This document shows, piece by piece, positions 1 through 11,413 of a stretch of DNA of 64,000 nucleotides. Source of the stretch: Rickettsiales bacterium (GTDB taxonomy: Bacteria > Pseudomonadota > Alphaproteobacteria > Rickettsiales > SXRF01). The notes beneath the pieces were generated by a model. It ran no database searches. It was not told the DNA's origin and saw nothing but the letters and a program-made list of their open reading frames with translations. The stretch spans positions 5,908 through 69,907 of the forward strand of contig CAXRIF010000002.1 in assembly GCA_964231325.1 (NCBI GenBank), given 5' to 3'. Each line of letters begins with the position of its first letter. Position 1 is the first letter of the stretch. A program made the position numbers and the translations under genes.

Positions 1-2116
1 TGCGCCCCTGCCCATCCGTTAGACGACCATCATCGAGCACTTGCAGCAAAATATTGAACACGTCGGGGTGTGCTTTTTCCACCTCATCAAACAGGATCAC
101 CTGATACGGACGACGGCGCACCGCTTCGGTCAGCACCCCTCCTTCGTCATACCCCACATACCCTGGAGGGGCACCTACCAAACGCGCCACCGCGTGCTTT
201 TCCATGAACTCAGACATATCAATGCGCAGCATCGCCTGCTCGTCATCGAAGATGAATTCGGCGAGCGCCTTAGTGAGTTCGGTTTTACCCACACCGGTAG
301 GCCCCAGAAACAGGAACGAGCCAATTGGCCGCGCAGGATCGCCCAGCCCGGCGCGCGCACGGCGCACGGCGTTTGCCACTGCCACCAGCGCCTCTTCTTG
401 ACCCACCACGCGTTTACGTAGCGCATCTTCCATTTTAAGCAGTTTGGCGCGTTCACCTTCGAGCATTTTATCCACCGGAATACCCGTCCAGCGTGACACA
501 ATGGAGGCAATATCTTCATCAGTCACCGCCTCTTTCATCATGGTTTCTTCGCTTTTATCTTCGGCTTTTTCCAACTGCTCCTGCAGTTTCGGAATCAGGC
601 TATAGCTAATTTCGCCTGCGCGTGTCAGGTCACCCTCACGTTGCGCAATCTCGGCTTCGCGCGTTAACTCTTCAATCTCTTCTTTGAGTTTTTGCACGGA
701 TGTGAGCTGCGCTTTCTCCGCCTGCCAGCTTGAGGTCATATCCGCGCTTTGTTTTTCCAGTGCTTCCAGTTCCGCCTTCAATTTCTCTAATCGTTCTTTT
801 GAAGCGTCATCCGTTTCTTTTTTAAGCGCCTCACGCTCAATCTTAAGCTGAATGATTTTGCGATCCAGCTCATCGAGCTCTTCTGGTTTGGAGTCCACTT
901 CCATGCGCAGACGCGAGGCAGATTCATCCATCAAATCAATCGCCTTATCCGGCAAAAACCGATCGGTAATATAACGGTTAGACAAGGTAGCCGCCGACAC
1001 CAGCGCCGCATCCGTAATACGGATACCATGATGCAGCTCGTATTTTTCCTTCAGCCCGCGTAAGATAGAAATCGTATCTTCCACGGTTGGCTCGGCCACA
1101 AACACCGATTGGAAACGGCGCGCGAGTGCTGCGTCTTTTTCCACATGTTTGCGATATTCATCGAGCGTGGTTGCCCCTACGCAGTGCAGCTCACCACGTG
1201 CGAGTGCTGGTTTAAGCAGGTTCGACGCATCCATCGCGCCATCGGTTTTACCTGCACCAATCAGCGTATGCAGCTCATCAATGAACAATACCACATCACC
1301 TTCATGCGCGGAGATTTCTGAAAGCACCGCTTTCAGGCGTTCTTCAAATTCGCCGCGATATTTCGCACCCGCCACCAGCGCACCGAGGTCAAGCGAGAGC
1401 AGCTTCTTACCCTTCAATGTTTCTGGCACGTCGCCCGCAACGATACGTTGGGCAAGCCCTTCCACGATCGCGGTCTTACCCACACCCGGTTCACCAATCA
1501 GCACCGGATTGTTTTTTGTGCGGCGAGAAAGCACCTGCATCGTGCGGCGGATTTCTTCATCACGACCGATCACCGGGTCGAGTTTTCCTTTCTCAGCCAG
1601 TTCGGTAAAATCTTTGGTGTATTTTTTCAGCGCTTCCATCGTGCCTTCGGCATTGGCAGAATCGGCTGTACGCCCCTTGCGCATGTCATTAATGGCATTG
1701 TTCAGGCTTTGCGGATTCACTCCGGCATCAGCCAATATTTTACCAACGGCTGAGTGCTTATCCATCGCCATGGCCTGCAACATGCGCTCAATGGTCACAT
1801 ATTCATCACCCGCTTTTTTCGCCATTTGTTCAGTCGCGTCAAACCACTTCGCCACTTCCGGTGTCACATATAGTTGCGCCGCACCACCGCCTTCCACCTT
1901 GGGCATGGCATTCACCGTCTCCGTAACACGGTCTGCCACCATTTGTGCATTGCCACCTGCCGCGCGGATCAGCTTATCGCTCAGGCGATCCTTATCTTCC
2001 ATCATCGCGAGCAAAATATGCTCAAGCGTAAAGCGTTGATGCGAGGCGCGAAGTGCTAATGCCTGCGCTGATTCTATAATTTGCCTGGATTTCTCAGTGT
2101 ATTTCTCAAAATTCAT
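1..2116 (-). CDS. clpB: ATP-dependent chaperone ClpB (partial, runs off left edge)
   Basis: Not in ORF track; hand translation from ATG 2116: [33 protein letters not shown]..., GEPGVGKT Walker A, coiled-coil M domain, second GPTGVGKT; GGAGG upstream. Confidence 0.97.
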   Translation of the reverse strand, partial: MNFEKYTEKSRQIIESAQALALRASHQRFTLEHILLAMMEDKDRLSDKLIRAAGGNAQMVADRVTETVNAMPKVEGGGAAQLYVTPEVAKWFDATEQMAKKAGDEYVTIERMLQAMAMDKHSAVGKILADAGVNPQSLNNAINDMRKGRTADSANAEGTMEALKKYTKDFTELAEKGKLDPVIGRDEEIRRTMQVLSRRTKNNPVLIGEPGVGKTAIVEGLAQRIVAGDVPETLKGKKLLSLDLGALVAGAKYRGEFEERLKAVLSEISAHEGDVVLFIDELHTLIGAGKTDGAMDASNLLKPALARGELHCVGATTLDEYRKHVEKDAALARRFQSVFVAEPTVEDTISILRGLKEKYELHHGIRITDAALVSAATLSNRYITDRFLPDKAIDLMDESASRLRMEVDSKPEELDELDRKIIQLKIEREALKKETDDASKERLEKLKAELEALEKQSADMTSSWQAEKAQLTSVQKLKEEIEELTREAEIAQREGDLTRAGEISYSLIPKLQEQLEKAEDKSEETMMKEAVTDEDIASIVSRWTGIPVDKMLEGERAKLLKMEDALRKRVVGQEEALVAVANAVRRARAGLGDPARPIGSFLFLGPTGVGKTELTKALAEFIFDDEQAMLRIDMSEFMEKHAVARLVGAPPGYVGYDEGGVLTEAVRRRPYQVILFDEVEKAHPDVFNILLQVLDDGRLTDGQGR

Positions 2117-2140
2117 AACTTATAATCCCTCCATAACTAT

Positions 2141-2169
2141 ATATGGGTACGCTAGTGAGATTTTACAAT
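2141..2169 (-). promoter_or_regulatory. Putative sigma32 (RpoH) promoter of clpB
   Basis: Minus strand ATTGTAA-N14-ACCCATAT resembles CTTGAAA-N13-15-CCCCATNT, about 25 bp upstream of the clpB ATG. Confidence 0.6.
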
Positions 2170-2964
2170 ATCCCCCTGTTATGTTTACTGATTTTATCCA
2201 GCCCTACTGCGGCTGAAGAGCCTACATCATCACTTGAATTTAAGGGAATTTATGATGTCGGACTGGGCAAAGTACGTTTTGCACGTGTTGGTCTGGAGAT
2301 GGAACAAACTCCGAAAAGCTATGGTGTCACAAGTGACATCATCATCACCGGCATTTTAAAGTGGTTTACTAAACACCAAAGCCACACCACTTCCGAAGGA
2401 ACCGGGTCGAATTTTGCTTACACAGAGCGAAGCTATGAGAGCAATTATTTCACCAAGAAAAAACACAAGAATGTGAAAATGGTCTATGCCAAAGGCCGCC
2501 TACCGGACATCACACTCCTACCACCCGAAACCCCCGGCAACCGTTCAGAGATCAAAAAAGAGTTGCTGCTAAATCATTTCGACCCGTTGCTTGCCATTCT
2601 AAAAATGCGCGAGCAATTGCGCAAAACTCTCCAAGAAGAACAAGACAGTTTTATGCTCGATATATTCGACGGCAGGCGCATGTATCGTGCGCATTTCAAT
2701 ATCGTGGGCAAAAAAGAGCTGTTATTTAATGACAAAAAAACACCGGTAATTGTTACCAGTTTGCGGCGTGAATTAATGGGAGGGTTCACCAAGTCGGAGC
2801 TTAAAAAATATAATCCCAAAGAGCCTTCGCTCACAGTCTATTTTGCTGATGATGAGCGCATGATGCCCATACGCGTAGAGACCCATTTCTGGTTTGGCCA
2901 GATATCGGCCACGCTGGTCAAAGAATGCCGCACCGGCGAGTCGTGCTTGTTTGGATTGAAATAA
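2143..2964 (+). CDS. DUF3108-family exported protein
   Basis: Signal peptide; FDPL, IFDGRR, and VYFADDERMMPIRVET motifs typical of DUF3108; start may be GTG 2155. Confidence 0.75.
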   Translation: MGTLVRFYNIPLLCLLILSSPTAAEEPTSSLEFKGIYDVGLGKVRFARVGLEMEQTPKSYGVTSDIIITGILKWFTKHQSHTTSEGTGSNFAYTERSYESNYFTKKKHKNVKMVYAKGRLPDITLLPPETPGNRSEIKKELLLNHFDPLLAILKMREQLRKTLQEEQDSFMLDIFDGRRMYRAHFNIVGKKELLFNDKKTPVIVTSLRRELMGGFTKSELKKYNPKEPSLTVYFADDERMMPIRVETHFWFGQISATLVKECRTGESCLFGLK

Positions 2965-2967
2965 TTT

Positions 2968-3085
2968 CAGCTTACTAGACCGGGGCAAATACGCAGCTTT
3001 TTGAGAACCGGAGCGCAGCGTACGTTTAAGTACGTGAGCACCGGAAGCACAGAAAAGCAAGTAAGTTGTCCGGTATGGTAAGCTG
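2968..3085 (+). repeat. RPE-like palindromic element, copy A
   Basis: Arms CAGCTTACTAGACCGG / CCGGTATGGTAAGCTG; core GCAGCGTAC-N6-GTACGTGAGCACCGGAAGC. Confidence 0.85.
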
Positions 3086-3086
3086 C

Positions 3087-3542
3087 CTACTCTTCGTCGG
3101 CCGTTTGAACGATCACCGGCTTTTTCTTCATTTCTTCTTCCATGCTTGGGAAAGCGGTAGAGGTGATGAAAGCGGGAAGCCCTTCCCCATCATTATCGCC
3201 AGAATCATCTCCATTTTCATTAGCGCTGCCATTGGCTGCTTTCTTTTCTGATGTATCATCAGACTTTGCGCTTTTAGGTTTCTGGTTATTATTTTGCTGG
3301 CGCGGGTTATTCGCCGCCTCTTCTGCTAGCATACGATAGCAATGTTCCGCATGTTGGTAGTAATTTTCTGCCAGAACACGGTCTCCTGCGGCTAGTGCAT
3401 CACGCGCCTGCGCCAGGTATTTTTCGCGGGCTGCACCATAATTACGGCGCGGGCGATTTCCATTTTGTCCACCACGGCCACGGCGTTGATTGCTATATCC
3501 ACCACCAGAAGATTTACGTCTCATGCTATTTCCTTTGTTCAT
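3087..3542 (-). CDS. DUF4167-family protein
   Basis: EKYLAQARDALAAGDRVLAENYYQHAEH motif; conserved position downstream of prmC in Alphaproteobacteria. Confidence 0.9.
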   Translation of the reverse strand: MNKGNSMRRKSSGGGYSNQRRGRGGQNGNRPRRNYGAAREKYLAQARDALAAGDRVLAENYYQHAEHCYRMLAEEAANNPRQQNNNQKPKSAKSDDTSEKKAANGSANENGDDSGDNDGEGLPAFITSTAFPSMEEEMKKKPVIVQTADEE

Positions 3543-3550
3543 TCCAATTT

Positions 3551-4420
3551 CTATCTCGTTATCATCACACAGCGGATAATCCCACCGAGGTCTTTTTTCA
3601 TGGCCATCACATTCAGGCCTTGTTCATGTGCCAACTGTGCAAGCGCATCTTGCTGGCCCATACCAATCTCAAAAAACGCCACACCATCTTCTGCCAATAG
3701 TTCTGGCAGCGATTTCATAATCTGGCGATAACAATCCAGCCCATCTTTTCCACCATCAAGCGCTAGTTTTGGCTCATGCAGAGCAACTTCAGGCGCCAGT
3801 GATTCGATGGATGCGCTAGGGATATAAGGCGGGTTAGCGACAATAATGTCGAATGTCCCTGCTACTTTTTCACACCAGTTGGAGGCTAAAAAAGCTATCC
3901 GCGACTGCAGGCCTAAACGTATGGTGTTTTCCTTGGCTACTGCGAGTGCCGCTTCGCTTATATCAACGCCAATAGCTGTAGCATTGGAGATGGCTTTTAG
4001 CAAGGAAAGACACAAACAACCTGTACCGACCCCAAGATCCAGTATTTTATAGGTTTTTTGGCTATCTGTGCAATATTCTAACACGGCATCTATCAATGTT
4101 TCGCTGTCGGGGCGTGGGTCTAGCGTGTCATTCGTCACTTTGAAATCCATGCCATAAAACTCGCGTTTGCCGATCAAATGCGAAATAGGATGGTGTTTTA
4201 AGCGTAAATCAATCAACGAAAAATATTCGTGTCGCTGTGCTTCGCTCATCGGTTCATCCATCGCCAGCAACAATTCTTCACGACTCACATGTAGTACATG
4301 TTGTAGCAATATACGTGCATCCAGCGAACCGGAAGCAAACTTCGCATCCTGCAACTTGATCACCGCATCACGCAATGTATCCTGGATAGTATGTGTGGTT
4401 ATCTTACGTAGCGCGACCAT
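3551..4420 (-). CDS. prmC: Release factor glutamine methyltransferase PrmC/HemK
   Basis: PRPDSE, LDLGVGTG, NPPY motifs; downstream of prfA. Confidence 0.97.
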   Translation of the reverse strand: MVALRKITTHTIQDTLRDAVIKLQDAKFASGSLDARILLQHVLHVSREELLLAMDEPMSEAQRHEYFSLIDLRLKHHPISHLIGKREFYGMDFKVTNDTLDPRPDSETLIDAVLEYCTDSQKTYKILDLGVGTGCLCLSLLKAISNATAIGVDISEAALAVAKENTIRLGLQSRIAFLASNWCEKVAGTFDIIVANPPYIPSASIESLAPEVALHEPKLALDGGKDGLDCYRQIMKSLPELLAEDGVAFFEIGMGQQDALAQLAHEQGLNVMAMKKDLGGIIRCVMITR

Positions 4421-5490
4421 TAGTTCAGCTCCGATAAGCGTTTTGCTTCATCATCGGCGATCAGCGCATCGACAAATTCATCGAGATTCCCCGCCATCAC
4501 CTCATCAATATTATATGCCGTCAGGTTAATACGATGATCCGACACACGCCCTTGTGGGAAGTTATAAGTACGGATGCGTTCCGAGCGATCACCCGAGCCC
4601 ACCTGCCCCTTACGCGAAGCAGCGCGTTCGCTATCCACCTTTTCGCGTTCCAGATCATAAAGCCGCGCACGCAATACTTTCATCGCCTTTGCCTTGTTCT
4701 TGTGTTGTGATTTTTCATCCTGCTGCTGCACGGTAAGCCCAGTTGGCACATGCACAATACGCACCGCGGAATCCGTCGTGTTCACCGATTGGCCGCCTGG
4801 GCCACTCGCGCGGAACACATCAATGCGCAAATCTTTTTCTTCAATTTTAATATCCACCTCTTCCGCTTCGGGAAGCACGGCAACGGTTGCCGCAGAGGTG
4901 TGCACGCGCCCTTGTGTCTCCGTGGCTGGCACACGTTGCACGCGATGCACGCCGGATTCAAATTTCATCTTGGCGAATACGCCTCTGCCCGTAATTTCGG
5001 CGGTGGCATCTTTATAACCGCCAATGCCAGATTCAGAGGTAGACATCACCTCAAACTTCCAACCTTGGTTAGCGGCAAAGCGTTGATACATACGAAACAG
5101 GTCGGCCGCAAACAGCGCTGCCTCATCGCCGCCCGTACCCGCGCGCACCTCAAGAATAGCGTTCTTTTCATCTGCCGCATCTTTGGGAAGCAGGGAAATC
5201 TGCACTTTCTTGGTAAGCGCTGGCAGCTTTGCTTCCAGCTCGTGAATTTCCTCTTCGCCCATCGCCTTCATCTCAGCATCACATTCAGGGTCAGCAATCA
5301 TCTGTTTCGTATCAGCGAGGGCTTTTTTCGCCTCCTGATACTCTGTGATGATTTCCACGATCGGTGAAAGATCAGAAAACTCTTTGGACATTTTGGCAAA
5401 TTCAGCACCAGACGCCGTTCCTGCCGCTAATGTATCGCTTAGTTCCTGGTGGCGGCGCGCCACCATATCAAGTTTATCTTCAAAGCTCAT
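4420..5490 (-). CDS. prfA: Peptide chain release factor 1
   Basis: GGQ motif, PAT anticodon tripeptide, [12 protein letters not shown]. Confidence 0.99.
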   Translation of the reverse strand: MSFEDKLDMVARRHQELSDTLAAGTASGAEFAKMSKEFSDLSPIVEIITEYQEAKKALADTKQMIADPECDAEMKAMGEEEIHELEAKLPALTKKVQISLLPKDAADEKNAILEVRAGTGGDEAALFAADLFRMYQRFAANQGWKFEVMSTSESGIGGYKDATAEITGRGVFAKMKFESGVHRVQRVPATETQGRVHTSAATVAVLPEAEEVDIKIEEKDLRIDVFRASGPGGQSVNTTDSAVRIVHVPTGLTVQQQDEKSQHKNKAKAMKVLRARLYDLEREKVDSERAASRKGQVGSGDRSERIRTYNFPQGRVSDHRINLTAYNIDEVMAGNLDEFVDALIADDEAKRLSELN

Positions 5491-5499
5491 GTTGAATTT

Positions 5500-6756
5500 C
5501 TATAGTTTCTGCTGCGTTAGCCACGCGCTAAGTTCGTCGCGTTTTACCTGTTCCTGCCTGCCATCGGCAAGCACTTTCACACTCACCTCGGCATTTGCTA
5601 CTTCACTGTCACCCAGAATCAACACCGCCGAAGCGCCTGCCTTTTCTGCGCGTTTCATTTTCTTGCCCATATTGCCGCGTGTCACCAGCTCCACCACAAA
5701 CTCGCGGCGCAATTCCTGCGCAAGTTTCACTGCTTCCATTTCCTGTGCGCTATCAACCGGGATAATCACAATAGGTGATGTAACCGGTGTATCTTTCATG
5801 GTCGCCTCGGTAAGTGCCATCAAGCGCTCAATGCCAGAGGCAAAACCAATACCTGGAATATCCGGCCCACCCATGGTTTTCACCAACCCGTCATAACGCC
5901 CACCGGCAAGCACGGTACCCTGCGCACCCAGCGCGTCAGTGACGAATTCAAATACGGTGTGGTTATAATAATCCAGCCCGCGCACCAGCCGCGGGTTAAG
6001 TGTGTAGGCAATACCAAGTGCATCTAGCGAAGTTGTTACATATTCAAAAAACGCCTTGGCTTCTTCGGTGAAATAATCTGCCGCGGATGGTGCATCCGCG
6101 ATCAGTTTTTTATCGCCCTCATCTTTAGAGTCCAAAATACGCAGCGGGTTTTTTTCCAGCCGTGTTTTGCTATCATCCGACAAGGAGTTCTTATGGTCGC
6201 TAAAATAGGCAACCAACGCATTACGGTATGATACACGACTTTCAGTATCACCCAATGAATTAAGCTCCAGCCTGATGTGATCTTTCAAGCCAAGCGTAGC
6301 CAGACATTGATCTGCCATGGCGATCATTTCCACATCAGCAATCGGTTCCGCCACACCTAAACATTCTGCACCAAACTGGTGAAACTGGCGCATACGACCT
6401 TTTTGCGGACGCTCGTAGCGAAAGGCTGGCCCTGCATAATACCATTTTTGTGGCAGCTCCTGCGTCAGGCTGTTTGAAATAAGTGCGCGCACGATGCTGG
6501 CGGTAAATTCCGGGCGCAGCGTCAATGATTCGCCACCGCGATCTTCAAACGTGTAGGTTTCTTTGCTCACCACGTCCGACGTATCACCCAGCGTGCGGTG
6601 AAACACTTCGGAGAACTCAAACACCGGCGTCATGATCTCGCCATAACCATAATTACGACATGCGCGCGCCATTTCGCTTTCCACTGCACGATAGCGCGCC
6701 GCTTCTTGTGGCAACAAATCATGCGTTCCGCGTACAGGTTGGAGTTTAGGCGACAT
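5500..6756 (-). CDS. hisS: Histidyl-tRNA synthetase
   Basis: [27 protein letters not shown] motifs. Confidence 0.99.
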   Translation of the reverse strand: MSPKLQPVRGTHDLLPQEAARYRAVESEMARACRNYGYGEIMTPVFEFSEVFHRTLGDTSDVVSKETYTFEDRGGESLTLRPEFTASIVRALISNSLTQELPQKWYYAGPAFRYERPQKGRMRQFHQFGAECLGVAEPIADVEMIAMADQCLATLGLKDHIRLELNSLGDTESRVSYRNALVAYFSDHKNSLSDDSKTRLEKNPLRILDSKDEGDKKLIADAPSAADYFTEEAKAFFEYVTTSLDALGIAYTLNPRLVRGLDYYNHTVFEFVTDALGAQGTVLAGGRYDGLVKTMGGPDIPGIGFASGIERLMALTEATMKDTPVTSPIVIIPVDSAQEMEAVKLAQELRREFVVELVTRGNMGKKMKRAEKAGASAVLILGDSEVANAEVSVKVLADGRQEQVKRDELSAWLTQQKL

Positions 6757-7978
6757 GTTTCGTATCTTCTTTCGCTGCGTAATGTGTTTTCACGTATTCT
6801 TCTACCATTGCTTTGAACTCGGCTGCAATGTTTTCACCACGCAGGGTGGTCACTTTTTTACCATCCACGAATACAGGCGCAGCTGGCTGCTCCCCTGTAC
6901 CGGGCAGGCTGATGCCGATATTGGCGTGTTTGCTTTCGCCCGGGCCATTTACGATACAACCCATCACCGCCACATTCATTTTTTCTACCCCGGCATATTC
7001 CGTTTTCCATACCGGCATCTGCGCACGCAGATAAGTTTGAATATCGTCAGCAAGCTCCTGAAACACAGTGCTGGTCGTGCGCCCGCAACCTGGGCATGCC
7101 GTCACTTGTGGGGTAAAAGCGCGCAGCCCCATACTTTGTAATATCTCCTGCGCCACCTGCACTTCCTTAGTACGGTCGCCATTGGGTTCCGGCGTCAGCG
7201 AAATACGGATCGTATCGCCAATTCCTTCCTGCAGAAGCACCGATAGTGCTGCCGTAGAAGCGACAATACCTTTACTACCCATGCCCGCTTCGGTTAACCC
7301 CAGATGCAGTGGATACTCTGATTTTCGTGCCAGCTCGCGATACACCTCAATCAAATCCTGCACACGGCTCACTTTTGCCGACAAAATAATACGTTCCTTA
7401 GCAAGCCCAATGCCTTCTGCCAGCTTAGCGCTTTCCAGCGCCGAACGTACCAGCGCTTCGCGCGCCACCGCGTCCGCCTCTTTGGGTTCCGCTCTCTTCG
7501 CATTTTCATCCATCACTCGGGCGAGCAACCCTTGATCCAGGCTTCCCCAGTTCACGCCGATGCGCACGGGCTTATCATACTTGATCGCCGCTTCAATCAT
7601 CTGTGCGAATTGTTTGTCCTGCTTTTTCCCAAAACCCACATTGCCGGGATTAATACGATATTTGCCGAGCGCTTTTGCCATATCCGGATAGTCCGTAAGC
7701 AGCGTGTGGCCGTTATAGTGAAAGTCCCCCACCAGCGGCACATCACACCCCAGCTTATCGAGCGCGGCGCGAATTTCGGGTACCGCCTTGGCGGATTCCT
7801 CATTATTTACTGTAATACGCACCACTTCCGAGCCCGCATCAGCCAGCGCTTTTACCTGTGCGACCGTAGACTCAACATCCGCCGTATCGGTATTGGTCAT
7901 GGATTGCACCATCACCGGCGCATCACCGCCCACGGCAACCGTGCCAATCACTGTCTGATATGTGTTTCGTCGCGTCAT
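6746..7978 (-). CDS. ispG: HMBPP synthase IspG (GcpE)
   Basis: [29 protein letters not shown]. Confidence 0.99.
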   Translation of the reverse strand: MTRRNTYQTVIGTVAVGGDAPVMVQSMTNTDTADVESTVAQVKALADAGSEVVRITVNNEESAKAVPEIRAALDKLGCDVPLVGDFHYNGHTLLTDYPDMAKALGKYRINPGNVGFGKKQDKQFAQMIEAAIKYDKPVRIGVNWGSLDQGLLARVMDENAKRAEPKEADAVAREALVRSALESAKLAEGIGLAKERIILSAKVSRVQDLIEVYRELARKSEYPLHLGLTEAGMGSKGIVASTAALSVLLQEGIGDTIRISLTPEPNGDRTKEVQVAQEILQSMGLRAFTPQVTACPGCGRTTSTVFQELADDIQTYLRAQMPVWKTEYAGVEKMNVAVMGCIVNGPGESKHANIGISLPGTGEQPAAPVFVDGKKVTTLRGENIAAEFKAMVEEYVKTHYAAKEDTKHVA

Positions 7979-7984
7979 TAGTAT

Positions 7985-8563
7985 CTATTTATCTGTGGCC
8001 AGCTGCATAATCGTCTTAGGCTGGCGAGGTAGCGGTAGCAGGCCATCCTCCGGCTTGCGCATATAACAGGGCGGGTATAGCCCGCCTGAGCCTTTTAGGC
8101 AAGCAACATTGCCCTGTTTCAGCGCGGAAATGCGCATTTTTTCCTGCATACGCATCGGTGTGTCCACCACAGAGATTTCCACCGTTTCCGGCTTTAGCGC
8201 ATAGACCCAGATGCCATAGGCAATTGCTGCTGCCAGCAAACCACCAGTTACAGCGCCACCACCCACCTGTTTTTCCCTGTCGAACACTTTTGGCAAAAAG
8301 AAACTACGGCGTGCTAGCGGGCCCTCCACCTGTTCATAACGGCGGGTAATTTCCACTTTATCAAGCTGCAGAAACTGGGCATACGCCTGTAAATAGCCTT
8401 TGGCATAGGCCGAGCCAGGCAGTTCGCTGAACTTTCCTGCTTCAATTGATTTCAAGTAGCACGCACGGATATGCAGCTGTTTGGAGGCGTAATCCAGCGT
8501 GATATGCTGCCCCTCGCGGGAAGCACGCAACAAATCGCCTAGTTCTGAATAGCCTTCGTCCAT
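7985..8563 (-). CDS. RodZ-like HTH/transmembrane protein (short)
   Basis: N-terminal HTH (LRASRE...YLKSIEAG...YAKGYLQAYAQFL) plus one TM; usual rodZ position upstream of ispG. Confidence 0.75.
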   Translation of the reverse strand: MDEGYSELGDLLRASREGQHITLDYASKQLHIRACYLKSIEAGKFSELPGSAYAKGYLQAYAQFLQLDKVEITRRYEQVEGPLARRSFFLPKVFDREKQVGGGAVTGGLLAAAIAYGIWVYALKPETVEISVVDTPMRMQEKMRISALKQGNVACLKGSGGLYPPCYMRKPEDGLLPLPRQPKTIMQLATDK

Positions 8564-8573
8564 AAGACAAGCC

Positions 8574-9581
8574 CTACGCAGCTTTTTGTGCTGCCTTTAA
8601 ATGTGTTTCTGCCTGTGCGATCAGTTCATCAACGATCTCCTGACAGGTTTGGATTTTAGTAACCATGCCAACGCTTTGCCCCGCCATCAGCGAGCCGTTT
8701 TCCACATCGCCATCCACCACGGCTTTACGTAGCGCACCCGCCCAGAAATGTTCGATCTTCAGCTGCGCTTCTTTTTTGTCCAATTTACCTTCGCGGAATT
8801 CTTTAATCACCTCGTGCTGTGTGCGGGTGAAGGCGTCGGTGGCTTTATTCTCAATGGCACGCACGGGAATCACCGGAAAATCCGGATCCACCTGCACACT
8901 CGCCGTGGCATTGCGAGCTGAAGCGCGAATAAAGGCCTGCTTGAAATTATCATGCGCAATACATTCCGATGCACACACGAAACGTGTGCCGAGCTGCACA
9001 CCACTTGCACCCATTTCCAGATACGAAACCATGGCCTCACCGCGACCAATACCACCCGCGACAAATACGGGCACATCTGTGATCGCTGGCAAAATTTCTT
9101 GCGCAAGCACTGAGGTAGAAACCGGGCCAATATGCCCCCCTGCTTCCGCCCCCTCAATCACCAGCGCATCCACCCCACTTCGGATCAGTTTTTTACCAAT
9201 CACCAATGCAGGAGCAAAGCCAATTACTTTTGCACCGAATTCTTTGATCGCCTTGATATGCGTGCCTGAAGGTATACCCCCCGCCAGTACCACATGTGAT
9301 ACATTATGTTTCTTACATACCTCTATGAGGGTATCCATTTGCGGGTGCATAATAATGAGATTTACACCGAATGGTTTGTCGGTCAGCTTCTTCGTTTCAG
9401 CAATTTCATTATCCAGCAATTCCGGCGTCATAGATGAACAGGCAATCACCCCAAACATTCCGGCATTACTCATCGCTGCCACTAAGTTGCGTTCGCTTAC
9501 CCAGCTCATCGCCCCGCCCATGATGGCGTGCTCGCAGCCTAGGAAATCCGTTCCGCGTTTCCAGAGTTGTTGAAGGCTCAT
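8574..9581 (-). CDS. Nitronate monooxygenase/FabK-like flavin oxidoreductase
   Basis: GGAMSWVS, EGAEAGGH, AGGIG, QLGTRF, MAGQSVG motifs. Confidence 0.9.
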   Translation of the reverse strand: MSLQQLWKRGTDFLGCEHAIMGGAMSWVSERNLVAAMSNAGMFGVIACSSMTPELLDNEIAETKKLTDKPFGVNLIIMHPQMDTLIEVCKKHNVSHVVLAGGIPSGTHIKAIKEFGAKVIGFAPALVIGKKLIRSGVDALVIEGAEAGGHIGPVSTSVLAQEILPAITDVPVFVAGGIGRGEAMVSYLEMGASGVQLGTRFVCASECIAHDNFKQAFIRASARNATASVQVDPDFPVIPVRAIENKATDAFTRTQHEVIKEFREGKLDKKEAQLKIEHFWAGALRKAVVDGDVENGSLMAGQSVGMVTKIQTCQEIVDELIAQAETHLKAAQKAA

Positions 9582-10810
9582 TATGCTTTCTCCATCTCAA
9601 ATGCACTATGTAACGCACGGACTGCAAGTTCGGTGTATTCTTCGGCGATCAACACGCTGATCTTAATCTCCGAGGTTGAAATCACCAGAATGTTGATGCC
9701 TTTTTCATGAAGCGCTCTAAACATTTCCTGCGCCACACCGGTGTGTGAACGCATACCCACGCCGATGGCAGAAATTTTGGTTACATTCTTATCCGTGGTC
9801 AGTTCCTTATACTGCAGATGCGGGCGCGCTTTTTCCATCGCCGCGACGGTACGTTCCAAATCCGCTTTCGGAATAGTAAAGGTCATGTCGGTCACTTTGC
9901 CGATTTCGTCCACGTTCTGTACGATCATATCGACATTGATCTCGGCCTCCGCCAGCGGGGCAAAAATATCCGCTGCCACCCCCGGTTTATCAGGCACACC
10001 GGCGAGCGTGATCCGCGCATCATCGCGCGAAAAAGCAATCCCAGTTACGCGTTTTTCTTCCATTATATCCTCCTCTCGCACCAACAGCGTGCCGGGTTCA
10101 TCGGCAAAGCTGCTTAGCACTTGTACAATCACATTATGGTTCATGGCGATTTCCACCGAGCGCGTTTGCAATACTTTCGCGCCGAGCGATGCCAGCTCCA
10201 ACATTTCCTCGTATGAAATTTTTTCAAGCTTGCGTGCTTCTGAAACCACACGCGGATCAGTCGTATAGACCCCATCCACATCTGTATAAATATCACAGCG
10301 ATCTGCTTTTAGTGCAGCAGCCAGCGCCACAGCGGATGTATCGGAGCCGCCGCGCCCCAGCGTGCTGATCCGGCCATCTTCAGCAATTCCCTGAAAACCG
10401 GCAACAACCGCCACTTTTCCATCCTTCAGCGTTTCGTGTAGCAATGTCGCATCAATATCAATAATCCGCGCCTTGCCGTGTCGGTTTGTGGTTTTAATGG
10501 GAATCTGCCAGCCGCAAAATGCGCGCGCGGGAATGCCCATTTCTTGCAAAGTCAACGCCAGCAAGCCACTGGTCACCTGCTCACCAGTAGATACCACATG
10601 GTCATATTCCGCCTTAGCTTCCGGAGTAGCAAGCGGCGACACATCCTGCACATAGCCCACCAGTTGGTTCGTCACCCCGGCCATGGCCGACACATTGACC
10701 ACCACCTGGTTGCCCAGCTCGAGTTCTTTTTTCACCTTAGCGGCCACATTGCGGATGCGTTCAATATCTGCAACCGATGTGCCACCGAATTTTTGTACGA
10801 TTAAAGCCAT
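9581..10810 (-). CDS. lysC: Aspartate kinase
   Basis: KFGGTSV, GRGGSDTSA, two ACT domains. Confidence 0.98.
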   Translation of the reverse strand: MALIVQKFGGTSVADIERIRNVAAKVKKELELGNQVVVNVSAMAGVTNQLVGYVQDVSPLATPEAKAEYDHVVSTGEQVTSGLLALTLQEMGIPARAFCGWQIPIKTTNRHGKARIIDIDATLLHETLKDGKVAVVAGFQGIAEDGRISTLGRGGSDTSAVALAAALKADRCDIYTDVDGVYTTDPRVVSEARKLEKISYEEMLELASLGAKVLQTRSVEIAMNHNVIVQVLSSFADEPGTLLVREEDIMEEKRVTGIAFSRDDARITLAGVPDKPGVAADIFAPLAEAEINVDMIVQNVDEIGKVTDMTFTIPKADLERTVAAMEKARPHLQYKELTTDKNVTKISAIGVGMRSHTGVAQEMFRALHEKGINILVISTSEIKISVLIAEEYTELAVRALHSAFEMEKA

Positions 10811-10822
10811 AGGGCGGGCACT

Positions 10823-11287
10823 TTACGCAATTTTCTTTTGCATTACAAGCGCATCGGTATAGCTACCGTCTTTTTGGCGATAATAGAGCTTACGACGGCG
10901 CTGATAGGCGAATCCATAGCCCTCATAAAGGCTGATGGCGGCTTGATTTCCATCCTCCACATCCAGAAAAATGGTCTCTACGCCCAGTTTCGTCATATGT
11001 GCCAGTGACTTTTCCAGCATAGCGCGCGCTATGCCTAGTTTTCGGTGTTCGGGAAGCACCGCAATGGTAATAATATCTGCCTGCTCGAACTGCGCACGAT
11101 ACACCATCATTCCCACCGGAGTTTCACCCTTTATAACAAGAAACGCGTGCGTGCCCTCCACCCCGAAAAAGTTATTAAATTCATCTGGGTTCCAATAAGT
11201 GGGAAAGCATTGCTTGTGAATCGCCGCTAGCAATTCTGCGTCTGTTTGGTCGGCAGGTTCAATGGTAAAGTTTGATTTTGTACGCAT
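10823..11287 (-). CDS. rimI: Ribosomal protein N-acetyltransferase RimI-like GNAT
   Basis: IAVLPEHRKLGIA, FLDVEDGNQAAISLY, RRKLYY; start set at ATG 11287 because the longer ORF runs through a repeat. Confidence 0.85.
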   Translation of the reverse strand: MRTKSNFTIEPADQTDAELLAAIHKQCFPTYWNPDEFNNFFGVEGTHAFLVIKGETPVGMMVYRAQFEQADIITIAVLPEHRKLGIARAMLEKSLAHMTKLGVETIFLDVEDGNQAAISLYEGYGFAYQRRRKLYYRQKDGSYTDALVMQKKIA

Positions 11288-11290
11288 AGG

Positions 11291-11413
11291 TAATTTCGCT
11301 AGACTGAGCCGGATGAGAAGGAAATAATGCGCGCAGTGATTGAGCGTATAAACAATACGCGACATGAATGAGCACATTCTTTCCAAGCAAGACGGCCAGT
11401 ATAGTAGAAATTA
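11291..11413 (+). repeat. RPE-like palindromic element, copy B (divergent)
   Basis: Arms TAATTTCGCTAGACTGAGCCG / CGGCCAGTATAGTAGAAATTA; inner GCGTAT-N5-ATACGC hairpin; overlaps stop codon of upstream gene. Confidence 0.75.

Noticed and set aside
41-2039. Plus-strand ORFs such as 1149..2039
   Set aside because: Antisense shadows of clpB
8665-9573. 302-aa plus-strand ORF
   Set aside because: Shadow of the nitronate monooxygenase gene with Ser/Pro-rich antisense composition
11288-11386. N-terminal extension of rimI in the ORF track
   Set aside because: Runs through palindromic element B from a TTG; the downstream ATG gives a normal-length protein
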